A stretch of 62,970 nt of DNA, filler included, from Intoshia linei (lineage: Eukaryota > Animalia > Orthonectida), in assembly GCA_001642005.1 (NCBI GenBank). It is 7 parts of 7 records of this genome, joined end to end, with 100 filler letters (N's around TTAATTAATTAA, not from the genome) between each part and the next. Parts side by side here need not be neighbours in the genome. Positions count along the whole stretch, not along the records: positions 1 to 4,402 come from LWCA01001938.1; positions 4,503 to 15,103 come from LWCA01001253.1; 5 more parts are not named here. One strand, given 5' to 3'. The first letter of the stretch is position 1; each line of letters opens with the position of its first letter. A model generated the notes under the pieces. It had not been told where the DNA came from and searched no databases. It saw nothing but the letters and a program-made list of their open reading frames with translations. This document shows, one piece after another, positions 1 to 14,498 of the stretch. The position numbers and the translations under genes were made by a program.

Positions 1-299
1 TTAATTAGTACAATTAAAAATCGGATTTTTCAAAGTGTTGTTATAATTTATGGATACTCGTGTTTTGTATTTTTAACGCTTTTATTTTAAAAATTTTAGT
101 TAATTTTGTTTTTTTTCAATTATTTTTTTGTAATATGACAACCTTACATTGTGCATGTCCAACATGCCAATTTTCATAAATTTTGATCAACTCATATAAT
201 TATTATTAACAAAATGATAGTGTTGTTATAATTATTGGACGGAGTGTATTACGCATCATCTACAAAAACAATTTAGTGCCTATTTTTGGTTTATGTAAC

Positions 300-660
300 T
301 GTATGAACTGTCATTTTTTTTAAAATTCTGGGATTATTTTTATTTTTTTAAAAGAGAGTAATTTAGGGATTTTGACTGTAATGATATTACTTTTTGAAGT
401 TTAAATTTATGACAATAATCATGATTTTAAAATCTGTATCAGAGTGTATATTTTTTTAAATTTTATAACTCGTTTGATTTTTAAAAAAAAGGATAATTGG
501 GGTTTTTAATTTCTAAGATGTTAGTTTCTGAAATTCAAATTTATCTTACTTTTACCGGAAAAAGCTGTAATAGTAATGATGAAATTTTTAAAATTGTAAG
601 ACTCTTAGTTATTGAAATAAAAGATAACAAATAAACATACAAAGAGTTTTATATACATTA
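300..660 (-). mobile_element. Helitron family fragment
   Basis: Reverse complement of the family 5' region (ctgatacagattttaaaatcat, aaattactctcttt). Confidence 0.6.
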
Positions 661-845
661 ACATTATAATTAATTTTATTTTTTTGATTAAATTTTAAGT
701 CGAAATTTAAAAAATAAAAATAGTTTTTCTCGTACCCTGAAACTTTAAAATTAATTATAGCTAATTATATCCCGGTTAAACAACTCTGTCTTATTCTATA
801 TATCGATCGACAATTTTCATCTTACCCTGATCCACACGTGCCTCT

Positions 846-3740
846 TCATGCCCTGGAGACAATACTGAATATTAAAAAAAAACAAACAAATTCAAATGTT
901 ACCATCATTTCTTTCTTTATAATTAAATCTTCTATGGCATCACTTCGAGCGTTGCCTGCAGTTTTCAAAAAATCTTTTGTGGTTATGTTTGGTAATTTAT
1001 AAACAATTTTATAAAAATTAATAGAAAAAGATGAGCATCGAAAGCAATTATCTCTTGGTTCAGAATTAATAAAAGTTTCGTTTTTCTGATCATAAATTAT
1101 AAAAAGTTCTAAAAGAAAAAGAATGGCTGAAACAGTCTCCTTTGTTAAATTGTCGGTATACATGGCAAAGTACAACTGTATAAAAGTGGAAGATTGCAAA
1201 CAAAGTGAGTTGGACAGAATTGTAATAGTTGTATAATTGTGGCAACTTTTGGGAAAATTTGGTATCCGAAATGGTGGCCAATTGCATTCATACTTACTAA
1301 TTTTGAGTTTTCGACAAATTAAACTATAATTATTTAAATCATGAAAAACACATCCTTTTTTAATGGCTCTACAACAACGATGATAACTGTACATGGGATC
1401 ATAATCTGTGATCCATAATTGTGGATTAACGATGTATTGTCCAGTGGTTTTAGTGTATTGTGATAAATTTATTTTTGGTTCAGTATACGTCGTCACGTCA
1501 TCTAAAATTGAATCAAAATCATCCCTCGTGTATTGAAATGGATCATGGCAGACTTGAATTTCCTGATTTCGAGGTATGGACTTGACAATTGAATCGTAAC
1601 TAGTTTTACCACTAAATAAAATTGTTAAAATTTCCTTTCGCAATAATTCATTTTTTGTTTCACCTGAATAGCCAAAGTTTTGAACTGTCATTATTTGAAT
1701 AATCATAATGACATAAGATTGTATTAAAATATGATATGGTTTGTTTAATATAACTCCTTGCATAAACTTAAAATTTGTAGTGCTATTTAGCAATGTGAAA
1801 TACTTATAAAGTAACCATTCTGAAGAAAAGTCTGATATTAAAGTTTGTATAAATAACAAATCAGTGTCCACCATAAAAACACAGTGAGTGGAATTAGTAT
1901 ATGAATCAATTACGTCCGCAGTATCTTCTAGCGTTTCATTTTTTCCAATTGTACGTATAACAAAACCGTGTATAATAGAAAATGAAAAATTTGTACCGAA
2001 ACGTAAAAAAAAGTTTTTCTTTATCTGTTTTTGCTGTTGTAATAGAGTAAACAGAGAAATCATAAAAAATCGGATTAAAGGATGACTACATGATATAGGT
2101 ATTGATAAATTTTTACTGTAGAAATATGTCATCATAAAATCAGCAGTTGTATTTACAATACGTTCAATCAAATCTAACTGATTGTACAATTTTTTGATAA
2201 TTTTGTCTGCAATTTGACTATACCAATAATGTTGAACGTCGAGCGATTCCGAATGAGCCATATCTTTGAAAAAAGAAAATTCAAATCGCTTCAAAACACT
2301 TAAATATAATATCAATAAATTTTCATTCCAAACAAATGTCTTGCAAATAAAATCACTATTAAGTACTATACAGAAATCGTCTAAAGGAGGGAAAAGTATT
2401 GCAAATTTAACAATTTCAGGAAAGAGGAAAACATTGTCTTTAGAATCAATAAAACGGTCTATGGTGTAAACAAAACTATACATGTGATTTAAAATGGTTT
2501 CAATCACGTTATGGTTGATGAGAATAGGAATGTAATCCATACACATTAAAACCTGAGTCATTAAATTTCTTTGATGGGAACATGTCTGTTTTACCCTATT
2601 ATCATTGTTCTTTAAGGTCGCGTCAATGATACACCGATACATTAACTTGTAGTGCATCGAAACAATTTTAAATAAAACCTTTCTAAAATTGTCATTTTCA
2701 AAGCAAAGCAAAAAGGTGTCTTGGAGAGTACTAAGGGAATCCGTCTGAATCAACCAAAATAAAAGTTCGCCCAGTATGTTCACATGGATGATATCATTTT
2801 TAAATTCGTTCAAATCTAGATTTAATTTAAATAAAATTTATTCGTTATTACCATTATTGTTGATGGGTTTCAAATTCGAAATTTCCACATTGTATGAACA
2901 AATTTGTTTTAAAGAAAATGAAATATTTCTATATATATCGGAAGAAACCAATGTATGTGCCACAATGTTTCTAAATACTGACGATATTTTTATACAATCG
3001 TTTATACAATTCCAAAATTCGTCAAATAAACAAATTAAACGGACATTGAAATCATCATTAGTATTTATATATTTATACTTTGATGGTTCCACATTATTAT
3101 CATATACCCACATTTCTCTCATAACTTTAAGCATCCCTATAAATGTATACATCATGGTTTTCACGTTGAATCCGCTTAAAACGTCAATTACATGCCTCCC
3201 ATCGTTTTGGGTATTGTCATAAAAATTTTTTTTAATTTTTAAATTCTTTCGGTGGTAACAACATGTACCTTCAGATTTTATTGAATTTTCATCTCCACAA
3301 TCGCACATACCAATGGTGTTTAGCTTGCAAATCGCATAGTCATGGTTTATATGGTTGTTTATATCGAAACAATTGAAACATAAGGCCACTGATGGTGAAA
3401 TTGAACATGTTTTGCAATGAAAAAATATTTCTTTTTCTCTTATCAAATTACAGCAACGGCTTGACTTGTCAGTCTCATTTAAAGATTCCAAATATTTTAA
3501 ATGATTTTTACCAAATAACAAGATATGAAATATTTCTTTAAATTCACATTTAAAAATTGGGGTTTTTACAGTTTCTTCAGTATTTTCTATTATAATACGA
3601 AACATGGTGTTAACAATGTTTTCTATAGGGTTCGATTCTCCTATTTCAACACCTACATCGTTGTCGGTTGCTGTTTTCTGGATATACTCTTCATATTTCG
3701 GATCATCTATAATTAACAAGATTTCATTAAAAAATATCAT
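846..3740 (-). CDS. UBR3: UBR-box E3 ubiquitin ligase, UBR3-like (N-terminal and central part; probably continues toward or past the window start)
   Basis: UBR zinc finger (CNLIREKEIFFHCKTCSISPSVALCFNCF..HINHDY..GMCDCGD..SEGTCCYH) with no ClpS domain after it. ORFs 2838-3740 and 846-2813 are joined in frame by a 36-nt GT-AG intron (2816-2851). UBR3-like motifs HPLIRFF, YTNSTHCVFMVDTDLLFIQ, GQYIVNPQLWITDYDPMY. Another candidate intron lies at 865-902. The 3' end is unresolved. Confidence 0.8.
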
Positions 3741-3988
3741 TTCAAATACAGTACATTCAATTTGTTACTATAAACACTGCAATTTGTAGTTTCTATTCAA
3801 ATAATTATAATGAATTTAATCCATCGTTTTATATTATTCATTTAAATTTATAATGTTCAATTTTTGAATAATTGTTGTAACGGTACATGTTTGACATTAT
3901 ATATTAGAGCAGTGATTTTCAACTGGGGGTCACGAAATTTATTAGGGGTTCGTGAAAATTTGAAAATTTTATGAATATATTTTTTTTA

Positions 3989-4570
3989 TCCTAACTTATA
4001 TAATATGCGACGCTATTTTTGTTTGTGTGTGTGTTCAGCTTTATTTAAATAACTACCCATCTTAGAATTTTTTAAAGACCACATTTCAATTACGGTTTTT
4101 TTCGGGACGTATATTAAGATAAATTTCAACCTCTCAATTTTACATCTTAAAGGTCAAAAACCCATATCATACCCAATCACGGTTCATATATTAGACCTTA
4201 TACTTAAACATGTTTTTTATACTGTTTTTCAAGTTAATACAAATTGGCCCAATATTCCATTTTTGTTGGTAACAAAACTTAAAGAAAATTTAGTTATTAT
4301 AACATCTAAATATATCGGAAAAATTAATATATTAGGTCATTCACAAATTAATGTCGTTTTTATAACTATAATTAAAACTTCTATAATAACAATTTTGATT
4401 AANNNNNNNNNNNNNNNNNNNNNNNNNNNNNNNNNNNNNNNNNNNNTTAATTAATTAANNNNNNNNNNNNNNNNNNNNNNNNNNNNNNNNNNNNNNNNNN
4501 NNATTAAAATAAAAATTGAAAATATAAATATTGATCCTACAATTTCAAAAAAATGTTTAAAATAATAAAG
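3989..4570 (+). mobile_element. Helitron family copy spanning a scaffold gap
   Basis: a|TCCTAACTTATATAATATGC start plus family-internal sequence. Confidence 0.7.
4403..4502. other. Scaffold gap with artificial TTAATTAATTAA linker (also 15104-15203, 38317-38416, 49560-49659, 57564-57663, 61610-61709)
   Basis: Identical 100-nt N-linker-N structure six times. Confidence 0.95.
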
Positions 4571-4686
4571 TATATAATCAAATTGAAAAAGCTTTTTCGT
4601 TACGCAGCTAACCACTATAAATTGCAACAAACTTAATTTATTTATGATAATTTGAATCAATTTTTTTATATTTTGACACTTATTTA

Positions 4687-6685
4687 ATGTACAATTACGG
4701 AAAAAGTAAACTCGTACTCAAATCAAAAAAAAGGAAAAAGTAATATTTATTAAATATGTGTATACAATTTTAGTGTTTTTTTAGAATGAGCTAAATCGGT
4801 GTTTATTATCCGTCATTTATAATTCCAATTTAATCAATTAAATTTAATAAATATAACTTGACAATTATACCTTAGATAAGTGATAAGTTGATATGATTTC
4901 AGGTGGTGTGTCAAAAAATGTTTAGAAACTCTTATATATTCAGGTACAAGTTTACATCTGAATATATCAGCCTCCAGCGTTTGAACTGTTGATAAGCGTC
5001 TTCTGCTACATTTAAGTTATATATATGCAAAGCGCCGTCGTCAATAGACCTAACCAATCCTTATTTTCGGTCTCCACGATTAACCCATACAGTAGACGCT
5101 ATTCATTATTGTATGTCCAATTATTAGGCTGGTTCTTTTAGTATTATCACATCTAGATTTCGATTATTAAGTAAGCGTGTACCAGTAAATAATTCTTCTT
5201 CTTCGTTGTCTATTTCACCACGATTAAAGATGTTCCAATCGTGTAATATTCTCCGTAAGGAATTGATGTCTGTTATACCTATTTACTGTCAAAGGTCGGT
5301 GTGTCGTTTTATTATATATTATACTATCTTGACTGTTATGTGCTTCGTAGAAACAGCATCCTAGCTCTGCCGAGGAATCTACATTCGTACTAGAGATTAT
5401 AAAGAGAGATATCTTAAGACCTACATTCATTCTTAACTTTTTTTAATTCTGTTTCTATTTTGATACCTAGTTTATTGAAATATTTTGATAGGACTTTGAA
5501 CTGACTCGTTAACGTGTGTACGAATACTTTTTCATTTTAGAAAAAAATAAAAAAACTGACAACCCTAATGACGCTGCGCCATTGATAGTATGTATTATAT
5601 ATAATTTCCACTTTATGAGGCATCCTAAAATATAAATTCCACCCATTTCCTTGATGCAAGTTTTCTAATGTGGGGATGGTGGTATAAAACGTTTGTATTT
5701 ATTATTCATATTATTACGATATTAAATTATATTATAGAAAAAAGATCAAGGAAAAGATACAACAAGAAATTAAAGTGGAAAAGGTGAAAGTTGAAAAAAT
5801 GGATGGTTTTACATTAAAGTGTACATTGTAGATTCAAGATTATTATTTTTTAGATGACTGGTGGGTAATTGAAGAATTGGGTCAATGCACAAACGGAATT
5901 GCAATTTATTTTGAAAAATTTAAAAAATACGTAAAGCAATTAGATAATGGAATGTTGATTTTGGGAGATGAAACGGACGGAGGTTGAAAATACAATTATA
6001 CATTAAATATCGTATAGGACCTCAAGATGTTGAAGTTTTTACAGCTTCAATAATAAACGAAAAAGTAACCATTAAAACTGGTTATGAAAAATACATGGGA
6101 TTGATGCATTTGTCTACTCAACACAGTAGAACAGGAAACATTGAAGCTAGAAGTGAAGCGATCGGTCCTCGTGAATTCTGGACTCCCGTTTTCGAAAATG
6201 TATGCATTTATATTGCTGTATATATAAATGTATAGAACAAATGTGCTCTACTCTCAGCAAATAACCTGTTCTTATCTTTAAATGAGGACGGGAAATTAAT
6301 GGCCATTGCCGACAAGGTTGATGACGATTGTATTATAAAAGTATTTCTTTCAGTTCGTACAATTTTTTTAATTTTAGATTTTGTCTAATAATACTATCAA
6401 ATCCTCTGTAGCTAATGACGATACCAAATGTATGAAACAAACTGAATTCAATTACATGTAAAACTAAATTTAAATTTTTACAATAAATTTTTAGAAAAAA
6501 ATTTCAAAGTTTTGAAAATAATAAATATGTAATAAACAAAGAGTCTCGTCGAAACTTACGCTCAGCCAAGGGTGAAGGTAAATTGTACGAAACCCTTCTA
6601 AATCGGTATGTAGTTAGTTGTAAATGAATCATTATTTTTAATATTTAGTCGCGAAAAAATGAAATCTGATAAATTTTGTAAGTAA
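4687..6685 (+). CDS. FRG1: FRG1 (FSHD region gene 1) homolog, 8 exons
   Basis: Exon 1 4687-4739 MYNYGKSKLVLKSKKRK, ~1 kb intron 4740-5737, then exons giving DDWWVIEELG..LDNGMLILG..GPQDVEVFTA..KTGYEKYMG..ARSEAIGPREFWTPVFEN..KKFQSFEN..LYETLLNRREKMKSDKFCK*. Introns include 35 nt (5983-6017) and 36 nt (6200-6235). Matches recalled FRG1 motifs throughout. Confidence 0.93.
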
Positions 6686-6912
6686 TGTAAATTAAATTTT
6701 ATTTAAAAATTTAAAAAATTGTTTATTTTTTTCAATTTGTCGTTTTCGCGGAGTAATTGGCTAATTATAAAATTGTCGACTAAACAGTATATTTATTAAA
6801 ATTGAGTTTATAATTATTAGCTAAAATTTGTAATGAGCAAGCATGATAAAATTAAACAAGCTTATATTTTAAAGCACGAGATAAAGCGATGTAGAGGCAA
6901 ATATTAATTACC

Positions 6913-9900
6913 CGTGGATTTAACCTCTTCTTTCCGTACATCGCGATCAGTCATACCTTTCATTGATTATATTTAAAATTTAAAATATTGTTTCATTTTT
7001 TTTTCATAAATGTAAATTGTAACTTATTAAATATATAATATTTTTTAATTTACCAATTTTTTTTGGTTGTATGAGGTACTGTGTGTTAACTTGTCTATTA
7101 CATGATGAGCACATTTTGGTTTTCATGGATTGGAGTTTTTTTGGAGCTAGCCAATCACCATTGAACGATATGTTTAAGCAAATTGGACATTCCATGAATC
7201 TCTCTATTAATAGTCCTACAATTTTTAATTAGTTTTAATCAATAAAAGATTAATAATTATGTATGATTTTTGATCACTTTCAATATGTTTCCGTACAGAA
7301 AGTAGTCGAAATCGTTGTAGCAAAAGCACCTTTGTTGTTTTGAAATAACTTTTCTAGGCTTTTGAGGTACGGTAACAAAATGGACCATATTGCATTAGTG
7401 GTGTGCTTAGTGGATGTTGGGTTATTGGTGTAGTCTATAGATTCATCGGATTCGCTTTTATAATAAACTCGAATGCGAGTTTGTTTAGAAAATTTTGCAC
7501 AGGGTATATCTATTGATTTTGACTTTTTTTGTTTATGATTTTCAGTGTAGATTCGAACAAATAAATCAATACCCTCTTTTTTACCTATACACCCATTTTG
7601 CCAATAGTTCATGACAGTCATTTCAAATTTTTGATTGAATAGGCGTACAATTATATTAGAAATTAACCCATCTGGCGTATACCATGGAAAATTAATACCT
7701 ACACCTACCCGATAGTACTTTGAAAAATATTTTTCAATGTTTGCATTGGAAACATTTTTCTCTTTGGAATACACCGGCAGGGATGGGATGCATACATAGC
7801 TACTTTTAATAACGGACGGAAATGATTGTTTAAATTTAGATGGTCTGTCTGTTGTTTGAAATTCAGAATTCTCCACATTTGAAATCTCACTAAAAACATT
7901 TAATGATTTACGATGGTTATTTGAAGTGTAATTATTTAATTTTGCAGTTCCTACTTTAGCCATGAATTGATCACGCGAATTATTGGAAACATTTGAATAA
8001 AACCCTAATTCTAATTCATGAATGACATACAATACAATATTTTCAATGACATCCGCCGTTATATCGGATTTAAGGTATCTGTACCATAAACATTTTAATA
8101 AATCAACATGTATATGACGTGCTTCTATGAAACTATACCAATACTCTTTTGATTTTTGATTCAGATTTAAACTATTCACTGATTCGTCGTATATTTTTTT
8201 CAATTCAGATAAATTTTCAATGTATAGCACCTTGATTAATTCCATGAGCCAAATGGGTTTGAGGAAAATTGTATTCCTTAAATGGGGGTCATAGGATAAC
8301 CACAAAATTTTCCCAGTTTCCGCGAGATATATGGTGACATCGTGTATTATGCTCTTTATACCGAATCGAGACGAGATCAATTCACTATACTCGTCCCAAT
8401 TGAGAACTGGGATAACCAACCCATTACCATATTGATCGATATAATTCTCGATATCGATCCATAAAGCTGAAACTGGTTTCAGACAATTTGGATACAGCTG
8501 ATTATTGTTTTTAATGGATATTAGTAAACTGGTCAAATCGTCAATCGACTCTTGTGAATTTACTTTCCATCTAAAGGGCGATCTTTTGTCAATGTGGATT
8601 TCTCTTTTAAGCAGAGAAATGTATTGTTTTAGTTGTTCCGAAAGAGCTGTTGATATATGATCATTATTTTCAATTTTTGATATTCTCGTTTTAATATTTT
8701 CTTTGAATTTTTGCATTAACCCGTTGGTGTATGTCAAAAGTTGGTCTAATTTATATTTTATCTTCACTACTACTTCAGGCTTCAAATTATTATACTTTGG
8801 GTGTATATTTTGTTTTTTTGAGATTATTACACCATTTTTATCATATTGGTCGAGAACATCCATATGCGTAGCTATAATTAAGCACACTATTCTGTTCCAC
8901 TTTGTGGTAATCATATCAATATATCTACCAATGCAATCGTATAAATCCACAGTCATCAAATCGAGTGGATTGAATATTATCACACTCATTGCTCCCTCAT
9001 ACAAAAAATATAAGTTTGGGTAGTAATAGGATTCGTTTCCTGAAAAATCAGAAAATGTGTAGTCTATCGTACTCATTTGTTTTATCGAGTTTTTAATCTA
9101 AATGTAAAATATTAAATATTCTAAAAAAATTATTTCATTGTAAATTCAGTCAGATCCGAGTATGAATACAGTCAAAATGGGTTCACAAGAAACAATCAAA
9201 CTTAATATTCGGAATGGATTGTAAAAGTGAATTCCAAAAATAGACATTTATTCAATAATATTTCTAAATTGAGATTTGAAACTAGTACCACTGAATAAGC
9301 GTTGTGTAGCTTTTACTTTAATAATATCGATTCTGTTAAATCACAACAGATCCGATGGGTATAGTATAGCTCAGGGGTATCAACTTTTTTTTAGAAATAT
9401 CTTCGTATAAAATAGAAAAAAAACTATTTAGTTTTCATTTAATTTTTTTTGAGAAAAAAAAATTTTTTACCTGTGGAAGGCAAGAGTCAAAATAAATACT
9501 CTTATAACCATGAAAAATACATTGCAAAAGCCTACACGATTCTAAATATGTCATACATTAATCTGTGCTTTGCTTAATTATTAAGCAAATTTTATTTAAA
9601 ATTAAATTTAATATCAAAGTTATTCACCTTTTAATATTATCTTTTTTGTGTGACCATATGGTCACATTGGGAGAAAATGGGTTAATAAAAATTTTTAGAT
9701 TATGTATTTTGTAAATATAATAGAAAAAATTGGCCACCGTTGATGTGCCCACTTTTAATGTCTTATATTTTTGAAATATTTTGCAGGACATGTCATACAT
9801 TGACATTAAAAAGTATTTACCGAATGACTATCCACATTATCACCTAAACTAATACAGTTTTTGAAAATATTTAACTCGTTGCTTGAACTGAGGCCATTTG

Positions 9901-12900
9901 ATTCGTCTACGTGGTCTAATGAATGAGGTAACTCAGATGCAAAATAGTCCACACCTAGCGTGTGAATACCTTTTTCCAATCCCAAAACCGTAGGTTGTTG
10001 ATAAACTACTGATTGAATAAGATTAGTTTTCCCACTATTTTCAGTTCCAATAATATTAATAAACCTAGGTCTATAATTTTTCAAGAAAGATTTAACTTCT
10101 TTGACAAATTGAACCAAAACAGCTAAACCGTGATCAGTAATATAATGCGGAGGAGTTACTAATCGGTTATTATTAATTATCAGTTTTTTGCGAGTTTTGT
10201 ATGATAAGTTTTTTACTGCAGATGTTGGAATCACACGGATAAAATTGCTAGACAAATCAATATAACTGGAAATTGCAAAAAGGGTTTCCGGGAATTTAAG
10301 AATTGCATTATTTGAAACGTCAACATGCAAATTACTACTACAATCAAATTTTAAATTTTGTGTTTTTTTTTCATTATTGTCACTGTTGTTGCTTTTATTA
10401 ATTCTGGGGATTGTGCTCAGTTTATTGAATGATAAATTGATGGATTCTATTTTTGGTAAGCAAAATAACTCGGAACATACATTTTCCAAGTTATTGTATG
10501 ACATGTCAATTTCTTGTACGTTTAGAAAATGCTTGATTTCACTGTCTATGTTGGTTAATTTATTTCGAGCAATGTATAGTATTAGCAATGATGCTGCGCT
10601 CTTGTAAAATGAAATTCCCATATCGTCGATATGATTGGATTCTAAATTTAAAAATTCGAGTTTATTTAATCGACTTAATCCTTCAATTGATGATAAATTA
10701 TTATTGTTTAGATATAGTCTTTTCAATGTCTTTAGTCGACCAATAACTAAAAAAATAATCAACCACAAATACATACATTTACCTTCCGCTCATTATGACA
10801 ACTGCATATTATCAAAATAACCTGGGTATTCCCAGGGCCGTGGAGAGGGTTAGGGCCATATAACACGGTCTACAATCATGAGGGGTCTAATATTTTAATT
10901 TATATAATGAATATGTCAAAATTGTGATGACCAATGCGATTTAGAACTATTATTTTAATTTTTAGTTAATAAACGATCGATTAAACAATGTACAGACATT
11001 TTAATTTAAAAAAAATTATAGGGCGTACAATTTCCATCTGAAACGGCCCTATTGCTGACTGTCCACGGCCTTGACTCAGGGCCCATGGGTATGACTAGTA
11101 AAAATAGTTTTCATATAATTTTTCACCGAAACGATTGTGGATGTGAAATTTGATCAAGTTTTTAATTTTTAATTAATATCCCTTTAAATATAAAATGTAC
11201 ATAATTCATATATTACCTGATGTAGTTTTTGGTTGATAAAGTTCATTATAAGACAAATCCAAATTTACTATTTTTTTCAGAAACTTGAAGGTTTTATCAA
11301 TTACAGAAATACGATTATGACTTAAAATCAAGGTGGTTAAATTTGATGAAATATCATTCGATTGTCTAAATAAACGGAATTAAATTGTAACTACCAAATC
11401 CACGTATTGGGGATGAGAAAAAATTTAATCCACATAATCACTGTTAATAACAGAAATTTTATAATAGCACTTTTTTTTAATTTTTTAATATATTGAAATA
11501 TTATTACCCCCAAGCCGAGATCTATTTAGTATGCATTGCTCTGATTTTGTTATATATAAATATAATATAATAAATTGTTATTTATACCATTAAGTTATTA
11601 TTTAAAACACGTGGTTTATTGTAACGGAATTTTTTTGATATAATTTAAAAACGTATCCGAATAAAAAAAACTAAACAACGATTCTACTTTACCAAATAAA
11701 TCCTACAGGTATTATATAAACTAAATTCATCTGGCTATTATTATTAGATCGTCGAATGTGATAATTTTAGTATTTTGTGGATACAATATCTAAATCAACG
11801 TTTTGCAACCTTTTCATAGTTGCGTCTTGGTGAAAATGTATTAATATTTTGACGAACGCTGTAACGTCGTTATTTAGATTAAAGATAAATACAAGGGCTC
11901 TCAGTGGTTCCCGAATTGCTATACGAATGTTCTATACTTTTTGTCTGACCCTGCCCCCATGTGGACTTTCTAGTGATTGTGATTTCCCGGGAAAAATAAA
12001 AAATTTTTATTCATATATAATATAGAAGCATTAAAAATTTTAGAGACCTTAATTAATTTTGAAATAAAAAAAATATTATTTATTTTAGATTGTTGAAAAA
12101 GTGTTTCAAAACACACATAATATTGATAGATTCGTTTTTGAAACGCATTCTACGTTTTGTAATGAAATTAGAAGCAGTAGAGAATTTTTTTTCATTGTGT
12201 GTTGACGTATGTTGAACGATCATAAGGGCTGCCTTTAATTTTAACAATCTTGATGATAGCGTTCGAGTTTGTAACAACTCATAATATTTTTCAAAATAAT
12301 ATTGGAAAAAGAGGATAATTCCCTTAAGCGTTAGTAATTTGTGGTTGGAATAAGAGGTTTTTAAAAAAAGTATTGAAAAAAACATATTTTTCCATTAAGG
12401 GCTGGAAAATTAGATTTTTTTTATTTGTGGTTTGATGAAGTGGATTTTTTTCCTAAGATTTTGTAAAATCGGATTTTTAAAAATAATATCGGTGTAAAAC
12501 AATTTTTCGTGAGGACTTGAAATGGTATTTTTGATTAAATTTTACTAGTGGTGGGACTTTTGTAATGGTAAATTTTAAATATTATAATATAATTATATTT
12601 TCATAGTAATAACAAACAAATCAAATACAGGTATGTCTCAATTTTTTTCGGGAAATCCCGGGAATTTTGTCCCGGTTTTTTTCCCAACACAATCACTAGG
12701 ACTCTATGGACATGCCATGGACAGAAAATGGTTGAGAACCACTAGTCTAACTTGTGATAATTTTAATAAAAATTTAATTAACAAGCAATTAGATTTAATG
12801 TAGATTATATTTACCTAGTAACCTCTGGAGGAATATTACAATAATCCATATAAGAAAGATCTAATCGATACAAATTGTTGGAAATCTTGACAATTTTTTT

Positions 12901-13125
12901 TTGAAAAATATCGTCACTGGCACAATCAATAAGTTTAATTGACGTTGGATGATTAAAGCAGTTATTAAGAAAATATTTTTCAATGAGTTTAATTTGATCC
13001 CATTTAGAATTTGTTTTTTTGCTTATATTATGAAATGAAGAATGTGTATCAATATGATGATGTCTTTCATGTTGATACTGTACGTGTATTATGTTTTTAT
13101 CACAATTTAACCCTTTTCCAGACAT
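6913..13125 (-). CDS. MFHAS1: Roco protein (LRR-ROC-COR, kinase-less), MFHAS1/MASL1-like
   Basis: Exons at ~12814-13125, ~11217-11366, ~9838-10746, ~7330-9097 and ~7033-7215. Multiple LxxLxLxxN LRRs. ROC motifs GTENSGKT, HTLGVD, DFSG, THMD. COR region (WIDIENYI..YLAETGKILW..IFLKPIWL). C-terminal CPIC..CSSC zinc-binding tail as in MFHAS1. The last exon is uncertain. Confidence 0.8.
10833..11073. mobile_element. hAT-like MITE (family shared with 43217-43500)
   Basis: TIR cagggccgtgga/tccacggccttg; the internal gatgaccaatgcgattt..cgattaaacaatg occurs inverted at ~43320-43386. Confidence 0.65.
11971..12698 (-). mobile_element. Internally deleted hAT element retaining a C-terminal dimerization-domain remnant, nested in a CAGTGGTTC-type MITE (~11902-12744)
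   Basis: TIR tagtgattgtg/cacaatcacta. ORF 12080-12385 (HTSTHNEKKFSTASNFITKRRMRFKNESINIMCVLKHFF) resembles the hAT PTS..ERxFS..R..L motif. Confidence 0.7.
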
Positions 13126-13469
13126 GTTACTTATTTTTGTATAATATTAAATGGCCTACTTACTTATTTAAAAAATAAGACACTATCATTGATTTACAAT
13201 TAATAATATTTAAAACGTACTTTAGGTGGCCTTTATTTTATAGTTAGTCACTATTTACATTTTCTATTGTAGTTTTTGATTATTTTTATTTGTTAATTAT
13301 ACTCGACTGTTATATTACTCCTGTTTGTTTAACTATAAGTGACGACCTACTACTTTTTTTATATATTTAGGTCAAATTTTTAGATATTAGATAAAAATTA
13401 ACCAATACAATAATATGATAATACTAGCTTGACTGTTTTGTACTTTGTACAAACAGCATTTAGCTCTAC

Positions 13470-14498
13470 CGAAGGCGAACTTTTATTATTCTACAAAAAA
13501 ATTGTTGTAAATTATTGTAAAGTGGAAAATTATGTTTATTGTTGTGACTTAATTGGATTAATGTGAAGTATATACCGGAAAATTGGTATATCTTCATTGA
13601 TTCAAACAAAGTCAGCTTCAAATGTATATTAATTAACTCGACTGCAACATTTCAACATTTACCTTTATTTTATTCTCGAACATTAAAAGAGATATATGAA
13701 ACTGTCAAATTATGCTTAACTAAAATTAATTATACAGAATACAATTGGAAAATATGTTGCGACTTAAAAGTTGTCAGCTATTTGACAGGGATGTAAAGTG
13801 GTTACATAAAATATCCATGTTTCATATGTCTTTTTGATTCACGTTAAAGAGATGAACATTATATTAAAAAAAATTGGAATATTTAAAGTATTGACCCTGG
13901 TTTTAATAAAAAGCTTATCAACAAAGAAAACATTATTTTACCTCCACTTCATATAAAATTAGGTCTTGTAAAGTAATTCCTGTGTAGATTGGATAAGAAT
14001 CATAAATCAATTAATGAAACCAATAAACCTTATTTTGTATTAAAAAAAATATTCCCACATTTATCAGATGCTAAGCTGTGTGCTGGTATTTTAAATGGCC
14101 CAGAAATTAGAACATTATTAAAGAGTACAGAATTTCGAAACTCATTAAGTGAAATTGAATTGAATGCATTTAATAGTTTTGAAAAGGTGGTGACTATGTT
14201 TTTCGGAAATCGTAGAACTGTGAATTATAAAGGTAGTATATTTATTTAAACATATTTATAGTTAATTTTAGTTGCAATTGAAGATATGTTTACTTGTTAC
14301 GATATAATGGATTGTCTGTATAGTATAAATTTGCATTATTTAGATGACCATTTTGATTACTTTACAAAGAATGGCGGAAATTGGTCAGACGAGCATGGGG
14401 AGCGTTTCCATCAAATTTTGAATGTTTTTGAGCGTCGGTACATGACAAAATACATATTAAATATGATATGTGACTATATATATTTTTTTAAAAATTAA
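13470..14498 (+). mobile_element. Decayed Chapaev (CMC superfamily) transposase
   Basis: WYIFIDSN, WKICCDLKVV..GM*SGYIKYPCFICLFDSR, LPPLHIKLGL, FPHLSDAKL.AGILNGPEIR, SDEHGERFHQ; several stops. Confidence 0.8.

Noticed and set aside
846-3740. Apparent split or readthrough of two same-frame UBR ORFs
   Set aside because: Explained by a 36-nt GT-AG intron containing the stop.
1090-10820. Short antisense and alternative-frame ORFs (e.g. 1888-2085, 2776-3222, 8703-9023, 10377-10607)
   Set aside because: Shadows of real coding exons with no recognisable motifs.
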